Translations under genes and position numbers: made by a program
In this document: positions 51,232-59,980 of the stretch, piece after piece
Layout of the letters: every line of letters starts with the position of its first letter
Numbering within the stretch: the first letter of the stretch is position 1
Assembly (NCBI GenBank): GCA_902551155.1
Contig: CACDBG010000002.1
Span: forward strand, 6,914-70,913
Length of the DNA stretch: 64,000 bases
From: an uncultured Verrucomicrobiota bacterium
GTDB taxonomy: Bacteria; Verrucomicrobiota; Verrucomicrobiia; Limisphaerales; UBA1100
Reading direction: 5' to 3'
The notes under the pieces: model-generated
Told to the model about the DNA's origin: nothing
The model's database searches: none
Seen by the model: the letters and a program-made list of their open reading frames with translations, nothing else

Positions 51232-51275
51232 CTGTAAAATCATGATCACGCCTGTTACTTGCTCTTTTCTAAGGG

Positions 51276-51303
51276 TTGATTTTCATATTCATTGGTGTAT
51301 AAA
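51276..51303 (+). promoter_or_regulatory. Possible sigma-70-type promoter for the ABC/GldFG operon.
   Basis: TTGATT, a 16-nt spacer, then TATAAA, about 30 nt upstream of the ATG at 51331. Confidence 0.3.
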
Positions 51304-51330
51304 TCCCGCCCGAATTTTTTATATTATAAA

Positions 51331-52068
51331 ATGATTAAGGTTCAGAATCTTAGGAAAACATTTGGCGAAAAAGTTGCCGTAGATAATCTAAGCTTTGAAG
51401 TTGAAAAAGGCGAAGTGTTGGGCTTTTTAGGGCCCAATGGAGCCGGCAAATCAACCACAATGCGGATGATTACAGGATATATTATGCCTGATGAAGGAGA
51501 CGCTGTAATCGGGAGCCACAGTATTGTGCAAAGCCCGGAGGAAGCAAAGGCGCTCATTGGTTATCTACCTGAAAATGCACCTTCCTATCCTGACATGACA
51601 GTGGAGGGGTTTTTGAAGTTTGCCGCTGAAGTTCGAGGTCTCGCCGGGGTTGAGCGCGACAAGGCTGTCGATCACTCGCTGGAGGTTTGTTCGTTAGATT
51701 CCTTTAAGCGTCAATCAATAGATACCCTTTCAAAGGGCTATCGTCATCGCACATGTTTAGCGCAGGCTCTCTTGCATGACCCAGAAGTACTGATATTGGA
51801 TGAGCCGACTGATGGGCTGGATCCAAATCAAAAACGTGCAGCGCGGGAGCTTATCAAGAGGCTCGGCGAGACTAAGGCTATCATTTTTTCCACGCATATA
51901 CTGGAAGAGGTTGATGCAGCCTGTACAAGGGCCATCATTATTGACCAAGGTAAAATTGTGGCAAATGGAACGCCTGCCGAACTCGTTGAGCAAAGTCCCA
52001 CAGACAAGCTTGATGATCTCTTTCGCGATTTAACAATAGCTGACACAGAAAAACAGGAGGCTGCATAA
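51331..52068 (+). CDS. ABC transporter ATP-binding protein (GldA-like, ABC-2 type).
   Basis: Walker A GPNGAGKST, signature LSKGYRHR, Walker B LILDEPTDGLD. I chose the ATG at 51331. Confidence 0.92.
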   Translation: MIKVQNLRKTFGEKVAVDNLSFEVEKGEVLGFLGPNGAGKSTTMRMITGYIMPDEGDAVIGSHSIVQSPEEAKALIGYLPENAPSYPDMTVEGFLKFAAEVRGLAGVERDKAVDHSLEVCSLDSFKRQSIDTLSKGYRHRTCLAQALLHDPEVLILDEPTDGLDPNQKRAARELIKRLGETKAIIFSTHILEEVDAACTRAIIIDQGKIVANGTPAELVEQSPTDKLDDLFRDLTIADTEKQEAA

Positions 52069-52069
52069 T

Positions 52070-53698
52070 ATGAATTCAAAGGTTCTACAAAATATCTTGA
52101 TGATCGCTAAGCGTGAGTTTAGCGCATATTTTACTTCGCCTGTAGCATATGTTTTTTTGGTGATATTCCTTTTAGTTTCGGGCTTTTTTACCTTTATGGT
52201 GGGCCAAGATTTCTTTTCAAGAAATGAAGCTTCCCTAGGGTCTTTTTTTCTCTGGCATCCCTGGTTGTATCTGTTTTTGGTGCCTGCCATTGCCATGAGG
52301 TTGTGGTCTGAGGAAAAGCGTACGGGTACTTTGGAATTACTGCTGACTCTACCCATTACGACCGGCCAAGCGGTAATGGGCAAATTTCTGGCTTCTTGGG
52401 CATTCTTGATTGTCTGCCTAATGCTTACTTTTCCGATCTGGTTAATACCGAACATTCTGGGGGATCCTGACAATGGGGCTATCCTTTGTGGTTATATTGG
52501 TAGTGCCTTAATGGCCGGAGCTTATCTTGGGATTGGTTCCATGACCTCGGCCTTGACCCGTAATCAAGTTATTAGTTTTGTTATATCGGTTTTGCTCTGT
52601 CTTTTTACAATTTTAGCCGGGTTTCCTCCGGTGACAGATTTCATTCAAGGTCTTTTTCCTGGAAATGAATTTATAGTAGACTTGGTAGCTAGTTTTAGCG
52701 TTATGAGTCATTTTGAAGCTCTGCAAAGAGGGGTTTTTCTCTTTCGTGACTTTATATTTTTTATTTCCGTTATTCTTTTTACCTTGGCTGCGACGACCGT
52801 AATAATCCGAGGCGGTCAGGAGAGCAAGCCAGCGCAAGCCTTTGGTTTTGCAGGCGCTCAAGTAGTTATATTGGCTTTAATTTTAGTCGTAATTAATATC
52901 ATTTCACTATCCTTTCGAGGTAAGTGGGATTTAACTGAAAACAATATTCACACGCTTTCTAGCGGTACAAAAAATATTCTTCAACGCGTTGGTGAGAATC
53001 GTGGAGATGATCCTGATTCATTTAAAATTGATGCAAGGCTTTACTTTACTAAAGGTGACGACCGGATCTCACCTTTTGTAAGGCAGTATGCAGCCAGAGT
53101 AGCTGAATTGTTGGAGGAATATGAGGAAGCCAGTGCAGGGAGTATTGTTTTCAATAACATTAACCCACTTCCTGATACTGATGAGGAGGAATTAGCCCAA
53201 CAGGATAATATATCACGCATGCAGATTGGGCTCGATGAATTTGCCTATATTGGACTGACATTGAGTTATGCTGATAAATCTGAAATGGTTAGCCTGCTTG
53301 ACCAAGGCCCCGGCGGGCGTGTTGGAGGACTCAAGCCAGAAGCACTTCTAGAGTACGAAATATCATCTGCGATTACACGACTCATCAAAGATGATTCTGA
53401 GGCCCCAGTGGTAGGTGTAATGTCTCCATTACAGGTTAACGGCGGTTTTCCGCCAAATTTACCACCCCAAATGATGCGAGGGCAACGCCCGTCTCCTCCG
53501 TGGCAATTTACGCGCATTTTACAAGCTACTTATGGTCAGGCAAATGTGAAAACCATTGAAATGAGTGCTTCCTCCATTGAGGAGAATGGAAAGATTGATT
53601 TATTGATCGTAATCCACCCTAAGTTGATTAGTGAGAAAGCGCAGTTTGCCATTGATCAGTACATTCTTGGGGGGGGGCAAGATGTTTGCATTACTTGA
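52070..53698 (+). CDS. ABC-2 permease (GldF-like) fused to the N-terminal part of a GldG-like domain. The frame is lost in the G9 run 53668-53676.
   Basis: MIAKREFSAYFTSPVAYVFL... with 6 TM (ABC-2), then a TM plus WDLTENNIHTLSSGT (GldG start). It ends ...AIDQYILGGGQDVCIT*. Confidence 0.85.
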   Translation: MNSKVLQNILMIAKREFSAYFTSPVAYVFLVIFLLVSGFFTFMVGQDFFSRNEASLGSFFLWHPWLYLFLVPAIAMRLWSEEKRTGTLELLLTLPITTGQAVMGKFLASWAFLIVCLMLTFPIWLIPNILGDPDNGAILCGYIGSALMAGAYLGIGSMTSALTRNQVISFVISVLLCLFTILAGFPPVTDFIQGLFPGNEFIVDLVASFSVMSHFEALQRGVFLFRDFIFFISVILFTLAATTVIIRGGQESKPAQAFGFAGAQVVILALILVVINIISLSFRGKWDLTENNIHTLSSGTKNILQRVGENRGDDPDSFKIDARLYFTKGDDRISPFVRQYAARVAELLEEYEEASAGSIVFNNINPLPDTDEEELAQQDNISRMQIGLDEFAYIGLTLSYADKSEMVSLLDQGPGGRVGGLKPEALLEYEISSAITRLIKDDSEAPVVGVMSPLQVNGGFPPNLPPQMMRGQRPSPPWQFTRILQATYGQANVKTIEMSASSIEENGKIDLLIVIHPKLISEKAQFAIDQYILGGGQDVCIT

Positions 53699-54854
53699 TT
53701 CAAACCATGCATTAGATCAAGGGCCAATGGGTGGGTTTTCACCTCCTACCGGAAGCAGCTCTAACCTGGAAAAATTATTACCTGCTTGGGGTGTTAATTT
53801 TACCGCTAATCAGGTTGTGGCGGATGTGGGGTTTGCGTTGCGTCCTCGCCAAACCGGAGAATCATGGCCTACTGCAATTGATGTCCAGACTGATGGTCAT
53901 AATGAAAATGACCCGATTATGGGTAATCTTGGGCCGCTCTCTGGCATACACTTCGGTGCTTTTAAGCGAGAAACGGCAACCAACGAAAAAGATGTTCCTG
54001 AACTTACCCCATTATTTCATAGCTCTACCAATTCAGCGCTTATAGGCACAGTTCAGACAAAGGGCCTTTTGCCGCTTCCCGCTTTTCAGGCTTCTCAGGG
54101 AGATATCGCAAAAGCTTTTACCCCTACTGAAGGTAAAAATATTTTGGCGTTAAAATTATCTGGTCCGTTTAAGACAGGGTTCCCCGACGGGGACCCTGAT
54201 AAGCCACCTGTTAGTGATGATAAAAATGGTACGCAACCCGAAGTTCCTGATAATGCGCTAAAAACAGTAAAAGATGGGTCAAGCCCTGTGGTTATTCTGG
54301 TTGGTGACGTGGATTTTATACATGACACTAATCAACAAGTTGACCAATTTCGTGGGTTTCAAAATAGCAATTTCAACTTTGTATTAAACGCAATTGATTA
54401 CCTCACAGGTGATGAGGACCTAATGAATATTAGAAGCTTAACAAATCGTAGTCGCCCTTTAAAAAAGCTTAATGAAATGGAAGAAAAAGCAACTGCGGAG
54501 ATACGTAAGGAATTAGAAAAAACTGAAAAAGAACTACAAGAAGCTGAAGATAAGGCCCAGGATGTGGCTAATAAATTACAAGAACAGTTGCAAAACGCGC
54601 TTCAATCAGGTCAATCAGGATTAATCCAACTTCGCGTTTCTGAGGAGGACCGCGAAAAGCTCGAACAAAGCCAAGCTGCGGCAGAAGAAGCTAAAGATCG
54701 GGCTCGGAAGGCTATAAGGCGAATTAAAAAGAAACGGCGAGAGGCAATTAACTCTTTGAGAAATAATATCAAGTGGGCCAGCACCGGAGCTATGCCTCTA
54801 CTAGTGGCATTTTTTGGTATTGGCGTTGCCCTCAGGAATCGGAAAATAAGTTAA
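53631..54854 (+). CDS. GldG-like (ABC-type uncharacterised transport system) C-terminal part, which continues the previous ORF if one G is removed.
   Basis: The frame-3 read ...FLGGGKMFALLDS joins onto ...AIDQYILGGG. A coiled-coil segment and a C-terminal TM (MPLLVAFFGIGVAL) are typical of GldG. Confidence 0.85.
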   Translation: MRKRSLPLISTFLGGGKMFALLDSNHALDQGPMGGFSPPTGSSSNLEKLLPAWGVNFTANQVVADVGFALRPRQTGESWPTAIDVQTDGHNENDPIMGNLGPLSGIHFGAFKRETATNEKDVPELTPLFHSSTNSALIGTVQTKGLLPLPAFQASQGDIAKAFTPTEGKNILALKLSGPFKTGFPDGDPDKPPVSDDKNGTQPEVPDNALKTVKDGSSPVVILVGDVDFIHDTNQQVDQFRGFQNSNFNFVLNAIDYLTGDEDLMNIRSLTNRSRPLKKLNEMEEKATAEIRKELEKTEKELQEAEDKAQDVANKLQEQLQNALQSGQSGLIQLRVSEEDREKLEQSQAAAEEAKDRARKAIRRIKKKRREAINSLRNNIKWASTGAMPLLVAFFGIGVALRNRKIS

Positions 54855-54859
54855 GCAAA

Positions 54860-56068
54860 ATGAAAACAGGAAATTTCAGCAATTTAGTTCCCCCGGCAAT
54901 CGTACTTATAGTTTTAATTATTATAAGTATGCTCATTAAAGGCAGCGGTACTACTACGTCAATAGTCATCGGCAAAGAGCCCCTGAGTGGCCTGCCGTTA
55001 TCTAAAATTGGTTCAATCGTAATAACCAAGAATAGTGACCAAACACCGAGCACGCTGACGCTGACGAGAGCAGACAAGCAATGGGTAGTTGAAAATAAAA
55101 ACGGATACCCAGCGGATGCTGATCGAATAGAAAAATTTATCCGGGAGTTCAACGACATGAAAGTCCTTCGTGAACTCACCGCCGGGAAAAGCCAATTGGG
55201 AAGGATCGGCCTGCTTGATCCTGACAATGCCTCTATCAATTCAGCAACCCGGGTAAGCTTATTAGAAGCGGATGGTGAAAGTATAATCCATACCTTACAC
55301 TTGGGAAAAGAGCTCTCTGCTCCGGGTTCTGAAAATCAAAACTCGCAGCAAGGTTTTGGAGGCTTTTCAGACAGGCGTTTTATTATGATTGATAGTAAGC
55401 GCAGTGAAATTGCCGTGGTTGACCAGACCTTTAGTAATGCTTCTCCTGAGCCCAGTGATTGGCTGAATAAAGATTTTATTAAAGTCGATAAACCGAACAG
55501 TATTGAAGTGATTTATCCGGGAAGTGAAGCAACCAATTCGTGGAAAATAACGAAGTCCAGTGATGTATCCGAATGGAAGTTGGACGGTAAAGTGGCTGAC
55601 GGAAAGGTTTTTGATGCGGCATCCGCTCCATCTTCACCTCTTAGCTCTCCCTCATTTAATGATTTAGCGACTGAGGCAGAGAAGGCGCAATTGGATAAAA
55701 ATGCGACTCAGATCAAAATCGGCACCTTTGACGGCTTAAATTATCATGTAAAAGTCGGTCAAACACCATCAGGCAGTGACCGGGTTGTCCAAGTGGAGAC
55801 AACGGGATCTTTATCCGAAAATCGAACTCCGGGTGAGAATGAAAAGGCAGAAGATAAGGTAAATCTGGATAAGGAATGGGCGGAAAAACAGGATGAGCTC
55901 AAAGAAAAGCTCCGCAAAGATAGTGCGTTTAACATATACGCCTATCGTGTTAGCAGTTATACGGTGGAATCCATTCTGAAAAAGAGGACTGAATTGCTCA
56001 AAGATAAGGAGAAGGAAGAGACTGAATCACCTGCTGAACCGCCGGTTCCTTTCATTAAGCCTCAATAG
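54860..56068 (+). CDS. DUF4340-like membrane-anchored protein.
   Basis: I chose the start MKTGNFSNLVPPAIVLIVLIIISML (TM). Its position directly after the gldG-like gene is the usual DUF4340 context. Confidence 0.75.
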   Translation: MKTGNFSNLVPPAIVLIVLIIISMLIKGSGTTTSIVIGKEPLSGLPLSKIGSIVITKNSDQTPSTLTLTRADKQWVVENKNGYPADADRIEKFIREFNDMKVLRELTAGKSQLGRIGLLDPDNASINSATRVSLLEADGESIIHTLHLGKELSAPGSENQNSQQGFGGFSDRRFIMIDSKRSEIAVVDQTFSNASPEPSDWLNKDFIKVDKPNSIEVIYPGSEATNSWKITKSSDVSEWKLDGKVADGKVFDAASAPSSPLSSPSFNDLATEAEKAQLDKNATQIKIGTFDGLNYHVKVGQTPSGSDRVVQVETTGSLSENRTPGENEKAEDKVNLDKEWAEKQDELKEKLRKDSAFNIYAYRVSSYTVESILKKRTELLKDKEKEETESPAEPPVPFIKPQ

Positions 56069-56137
56069 AATCAAAAGGGGTTAATAAAATTTTTCGGAGG
56101 TGCCTAGTTAATGAAACAGCTAGTTTTCATCGGGTAA

Positions 56138-56166
56138 TTGACATTGCTGTCTTTTAGCATTATCTT
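56138..56166 (+). promoter_or_regulatory. Possible sigma-70-type promoter for the coiled-coil operon.
   Basis: TTGACA, a 17-nt spacer, then TATCTT. A purine-rich AAGGGGAAAAAGGA lies before the ATG at 56193. Confidence 0.35.
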
Positions 56167-56192
56167 CCAAAAAAGGGGAAAAAGGACTTCAT

Positions 56193-56948
56193 ATGGGCAA
56201 AATTACCAAGATAATGCTAGGGCTTAATATTGTTGCCGGAATAGCAGGCATAGTATTCGGCATGGGACTCAAGGGAGACCTAAAGGAAGCTGAAACTGCA
56301 AAAAATGATGCCCTTACTAAGATTGAGGATGCAGGAAAAGGGGCAAGTGGTTTAAAGAGTGCAAATGAGCAACTGAAAAGCGAACTGGCAGTCGTCAAAG
56401 GCAGTTGGGCATCAATAAGCAACAACTGGGAATCTGCTAAAGCGGGTTTGATAACAGCTCAGGAAAATCTTAAAATTGCAACTACAGAAAAAGAGGAAGC
56501 TCAAATAGGGGCCGGAAAGCTTCAAGTCGCAGAAGAGCAAGTGCGAGATTTGACAGAGGAAAAGAATGCCTTACAAGGCGTTCTTGAAGATTACCGTGCT
56601 CTTGGCTCACTGGAGGAAATTCGTCAAATGAAAAAAAAGGCTGCAAAGCCAAAGCCGGCCAATCCAGACGGAAATGGCTCTGACAAACCAAAGCCACCCA
56701 AACCGCAACCAACTGCTGGCGCTGAAATAGGTAAGATAGTAAGCTTTGATAAAAAATTTGGTTTTTACGTGATTAACAGAGGTACTGATCATGGAGTTAA
56801 AAATGGTGATGAATTCAAGGTTGTCCGCGCCGGAAATTTGGTGGGCAAAATTAAAATTGCAGACGCCCAGCCATCAGTCTCCATAGCTGAGCCAATCAAG
56901 GAGCTAACAAGGCAGCAGCTTCAGCCAGGCGATATACTCAGAAAATAG
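56193..56948 (+). CDS. Hypothetical membrane-anchored coiled-coil protein with a Pro/Lys linker and a small C-terminal beta-rich domain.
   Basis: 251 aa. TM is IMLGLNIVAGIAGIVFGMGL. About 130 aa follow with a heptad-like pattern, then KPKPANPDGNGSDKPKPPKPQP, then GKIVSFDKKFGFYVINRGTDHGVKNGDEFKVVR. Confidence 0.75.
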   Translation: MGKITKIMLGLNIVAGIAGIVFGMGLKGDLKEAETAKNDALTKIEDAGKGASGLKSANEQLKSELAVVKGSWASISNNWESAKAGLITAQENLKIATTEKEEAQIGAGKLQVAEEQVRDLTEEKNALQGVLEDYRALGSLEEIRQMKKKAAKPKPANPDGNGSDKPKPPKPQPTAGAEIGKIVSFDKKFGFYVINRGTDHGVKNGDEFKVVRAGNLVGKIKIADAQPSVSIAEPIKELTRQQLQPGDILRK

Positions 56949-56953
56949 AATTA

Positions 56954-57607
56954 ATGAAGGCTGCGTTGATATCCCTTGTAGTACTTCTTGTTGGCTCACT
57001 CGCCACATCGGGATATCTATTATTAGAGCACAAAAATTCAACCACTATTATTCAAGGTTCTCAAAATGAAATTAAAAAACTTAAGAAGAAAACCTTGGCA
57101 GCATCCGAATCAAAAATAAAGGCAGAGAAAATAAACCTCAATCTGAAGCTTAATTTAGACAATGTAAACAAACAGGTTGAGGTAGCAACTAGCGATTTAG
57201 CTGCAGTGAAGGCTGCGTTAAAAGAAAGCGATGAAACAGTAATCGCAACCCAATCGCGGGCTGCAAAGCTTATGTCGCAATTAGCTGAAGCTGAGGCCGG
57301 TGTTCAGGCGCTTGAAAAGAAAACTTTAAAAATCCAACAAGAAAGAGATAGCCTGCGCTTAATAGCCGAAGAGCAGAAAGGTGCGTTAGCACAACGTGAA
57401 AAAAATGTGAAAACTCTCACCGATAAACTCAAACGTTATTCCGCTATCGATCTTACCCCTAAAGAAATCAGCACTTTAAAGCAAAAAAAACCCATGGGAA
57501 TGGAGTTTTCCGGGGTTATTCATGAAAAACTAATTCGGCCCGGAAAACTTTCTATACCTATAAAAAATTCAAAAAAAACGATCCCCAATAATAATAATGA
57601 AAAATAA
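56954..57607 (+). CDS. Hypothetical membrane-anchored coiled-coil protein.
   Basis: 217 aa. The N-terminal TM is AALISLVVLLVGSLATSGYLLL, followed by long Lys/Glu/Ala/Leu-rich helices. Confidence 0.7.
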   Translation: MKAALISLVVLLVGSLATSGYLLLEHKNSTTIIQGSQNEIKKLKKKTLAASESKIKAEKINLNLKLNLDNVNKQVEVATSDLAAVKAALKESDETVIATQSRAAKLMSQLAEAEAGVQALEKKTLKIQQERDSLRLIAEEQKGALAQREKNVKTLTDKLKRYSAIDLTPKEISTLKQKKPMGMEFSGVIHEKLIRPGKLSIPIKNSKKTIPNNNNEK

Positions 57608-57764
57608 TCTATTGCCGTTTATTCTTTGTGTCGCTGCGATTAGCGTTCTGGTTCTTATTGGCCCCCTAGGTTGCAGTGGTATCGATCCTGACAATACGGG
57701 TGAGAGGCCTTGGGGTGAGTCTGAAAGGAGGGCAGGCTTTGGTTTTGGTAACCCGAGGGATTAG
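57597..57764 (+). CDS. 55-aa putative lipoprotein, absent from the ORF track.
   Basis: The ATG overlaps the end of the preceding gene. MKNNLLPFILCVAAISVLVLIGPLGCSG is a signal peptide with lipobox LGC. The mature part is GIDPDNTGERPWGESERRAGFGFGNPRD. Confidence 0.5.
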   Translation: MKNNLLPFILCVAAISVLVLIGPLGCSGIDPDNTGERPWGESERRAGFGFGNPRD

Positions 57765-57773
57765 GTAAAATTC

Positions 57774-58328
57774 CTAATCCGAATTTTTCATTGCTCGGGA
57801 TGGAGTGATAACCAAGCCCATGCGTGCATCGTGTGATTCAGCGGGCACCAAATCAATAAGTTGATGGTCAAAACCTACCCCCAGCTTTTCTCCTGAGAGC
57901 TCCTTTAACCAGCGGTCATAAAACCCTCTGCCTCGACCTAAGCGGTTCATATCTTTGTCAAAAGCAACACCTGGAACTAGTGTTAGATTAATTTCAGTTG
58001 GTTTTACTTTATTACATCTATCTGGTGGCTCCGGGATGCCAAATTTCCCTGGCGCGAGGTCGTTTAAATGATTTATAGCTGCTGCTTCATAGGTGCGATC
58101 TGCATTGTATCTCGGAAAACAAATAGTCTTTGAGTCGTCTATAAGACTTAAAATATCGGGTTCATCTGGTAGTGGTGCATATAGCAAAACCGTTTTTGCA
58201 GAAATCCATTCATGCAAGGACGATATCCTATTGCAGATTAAAACGGATGCTTCCTTGCGCTCGTCAGGCCTGATCCTGATAGTGCCTAATTCCGCACGAA
58301 CTTTGGCCTTATCCTCTTTAACTCCCAT
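57774..58328 (-). CDS. 5-formyltetrahydrofolate cyclo-ligase.
   Basis: VLLYAPLPDEPD ... LVPGVAFDKDMNRLGRGRGFYDR. I chose the start MGVKEDKAKVRAE (58328), which overlaps the rarA end. Confidence 0.88.
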   Translation of the reverse strand: MGVKEDKAKVRAELGTIRIRPDERKEASVLICNRISSLHEWISAKTVLLYAPLPDEPDILSLIDDSKTICFPRYNADRTYEAAAINHLNDLAPGKFGIPEPPDRCNKVKPTEINLTLVPGVAFDKDMNRLGRGRGFYDRWLKELSGEKLGVGFDHQLIDLVPAESHDARMGLVITPSRAMKNSD

Positions 58329-59682
58329 CAGCCTCCACCTTTTTTTGCAGTGACCGCCAGTGCTTAACTCTGTCTTTGATTTTCTTTTCAACCCCTTGTT
58401 CTGTTGGTTCATAGAAGCGTGCGTCCACCCCGAGGTAATCCTGATTTACGTAGTGTCCGTCATAATCGTGTGAGTACTTGTAGCCTTCTCCGTTACCCAA
58501 TCTTTTGGATCCTGAGTAATGGCCATCACGCAAATGTTTTGGAACAGGAATGGTTCGTCCATTTTCTACTTCCGCTAATGCCGAGTTAATTGCCAGATAG
58601 GCACTGTTACTTTTGTTAGCAGTGGCTAAATACACTGTGGCTTCGGCTATCGGTATTCTAGCCTCAGGCCAGCCGACAAATTCAGCGGCCTGGTGGGCTG
58701 AGACTGAAAGTACTAGTGCCATAGGGTCAGCTAATCCTATATCCTCAGAGGCACTAATCATAAGTCGACGCGTTATGAAGCGTGGATCTTCCCCTGCATG
58801 GACCATCTTAGCCAGCCAGTATAGAGCAGCGTCAGGGTCGCTGCCTCGGATAGATTTGATGAAGGCAGAAATAGTGTCGTAATGCTGGTCTCCGTCTCCG
58901 TCATATACTACTGCTTTTTTTTGTATGCACTGTTCTGCAACTTCAATAGTCACCTCGATAGCGCCTTCGCTATCATGAGGAGTGGTTAAAGCTGCGATCT
59001 CAAGAGAGTTAAGCGCTTTACGTGCATCTCCGTCAGAGACTAAGGCTAAATGTTGAAGTGCTTCATCGGACACTTTCATGTTTAAATGGCCCAAACCCCG
59101 TTCCTCATCAGATAAAGAACGTTTCAATAATGTTAAAATATCCGCTTCACTTAGCGGATTGAGTTCGAAAATCTGCGATCTTGAAACAAGCGGTGAATTA
59201 ACAAAAAAGAAGGGGTTATGTGTTGTGGCGCCCACCAACCTGATCGTTCCCCCTTCGACATCCGGCAGTAATACATCCTGCTGAGACTTATTAAACCTAT
59301 GTATTTCATCAATGAATAGCAGAGTGGGGCGCCCAGTGTTCTCAAGCCGGTTTGCCGCTCCACTTAAAACAGTTCTCATTTCTGCGACGTTGCTTTCTAC
59401 TCCGCTTAAACGCACGAATTTGGATTCGGTGTAATTTGCAATTATCTGAGCCAGTGATGTTTTGCCTGTGCCGGGTGGCCCATAAAAAATCAGTGACTGG
59501 ATGCGATCTGATTCGATAGCCCTGCGTAATAGCATTCCTGATTTCAGAATGTGTTGTTGGCCTGAATATTCATCCAGTGAGCAGGGACGCATTCTGGCAG
59601 CGAGCGGTGCCTTTTGGGTATTGACGGCGTTTTCGGGTTTTGAACTCCCGATCTTTTTGCTGAATAAATCTCCCTCAGGCAC
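58318..59682 (-). CDS. rarA: Replication-associated recombination protein A (AAA+ ATPase).
   Basis: Walker A GPPGTGKTS, Walker B LFIDEIHRFNK, and the MgsA C-terminal region (HYDTISAFIKSIRGSDPDAALYWLA). GTG start. Confidence 0.93.
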   Translation of the reverse strand: MPEGDLFSKKIGSSKPENAVNTQKAPLAARMRPCSLDEYSGQQHILKSGMLLRRAIESDRIQSLIFYGPPGTGKTSLAQIIANYTESKFVRLSGVESNVAEMRTVLSGAANRLENTGRPTLLFIDEIHRFNKSQQDVLLPDVEGGTIRLVGATTHNPFFFVNSPLVSRSQIFELNPLSEADILTLLKRSLSDEERGLGHLNMKVSDEALQHLALVSDGDARKALNSLEIAALTTPHDSEGAIEVTIEVAEQCIQKKAVVYDGDGDQHYDTISAFIKSIRGSDPDAALYWLAKMVHAGEDPRFITRRLMISASEDIGLADPMALVLSVSAHQAAEFVGWPEARIPIAEATVYLATANKSNSAYLAINSALAEVENGRTIPVPKHLRDGHYSGSKRLGNGEGYKYSHDYDGHYVNQDYLGVDARFYEPTEQGVEKKIKDRVKHWRSLQKKVEADGS

Positions 59683-59723
59683 GAAAGTAGTTTACACACA
59701 TTAGGCATAAACTGCAGAAAAAA

Positions 59724-59844
59724 CCCCACCAAAACCGCGCGTACAAGGCCCAAGGAACGATGATTCCAAGGTGGGGCCGAATCAACACCTTACGACTTCC
59801 AGTCAAGGCCTGACGGCCAGCATCGAAGGCAAGGCCCCATTTTT
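59724..59844 (+). promoter_or_regulatory. Attenuator-like element: two mutually exclusive hairpins, a terminator-like T-run and a 17-codon uORF upstream of the sulfatase gene.
   Basis: CCCCACC (59724-30) pairs with GGTGGGG (59770-76). TGGGGCC (59772-78) pairs with GGCCCCA (59833-39), followed by TTTTT (59840-44). The uORF runs from ATG 59760 to TGA 59811-13. Confidence 0.4.
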
Positions 59845-59980
59845 ATTAATTACCTTCCAGGGCGTGTAACCTTGCGCGGCCCGGCGAGGTAGACACATTA
59901 TAACTTAAGTTCCCACTCTTCTCAAGTGCCTATGCTTGCGAACTTGTGAAACTTGCTGCAAATTCCCCTCATGCACCGTG

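Noticed and set aside
59772-59839. The hairpin CCAGTCAAGGCC-TGAC-GGCCAGCATCGAAGG looks superficially like SRP RNA domain IV (CCAGGUCAGGUCC-GGAA-GGAAGCAGCCAAGG), including an AGCA 3' of the loop.
   Set aside because: The loop is UGAC, not GNRA. The conserved unpaired G-G of the symmetric loop would be base-paired here. The hairpin is only about 68 nt and is followed by a T-run, so it fits a terminator or attenuator better.
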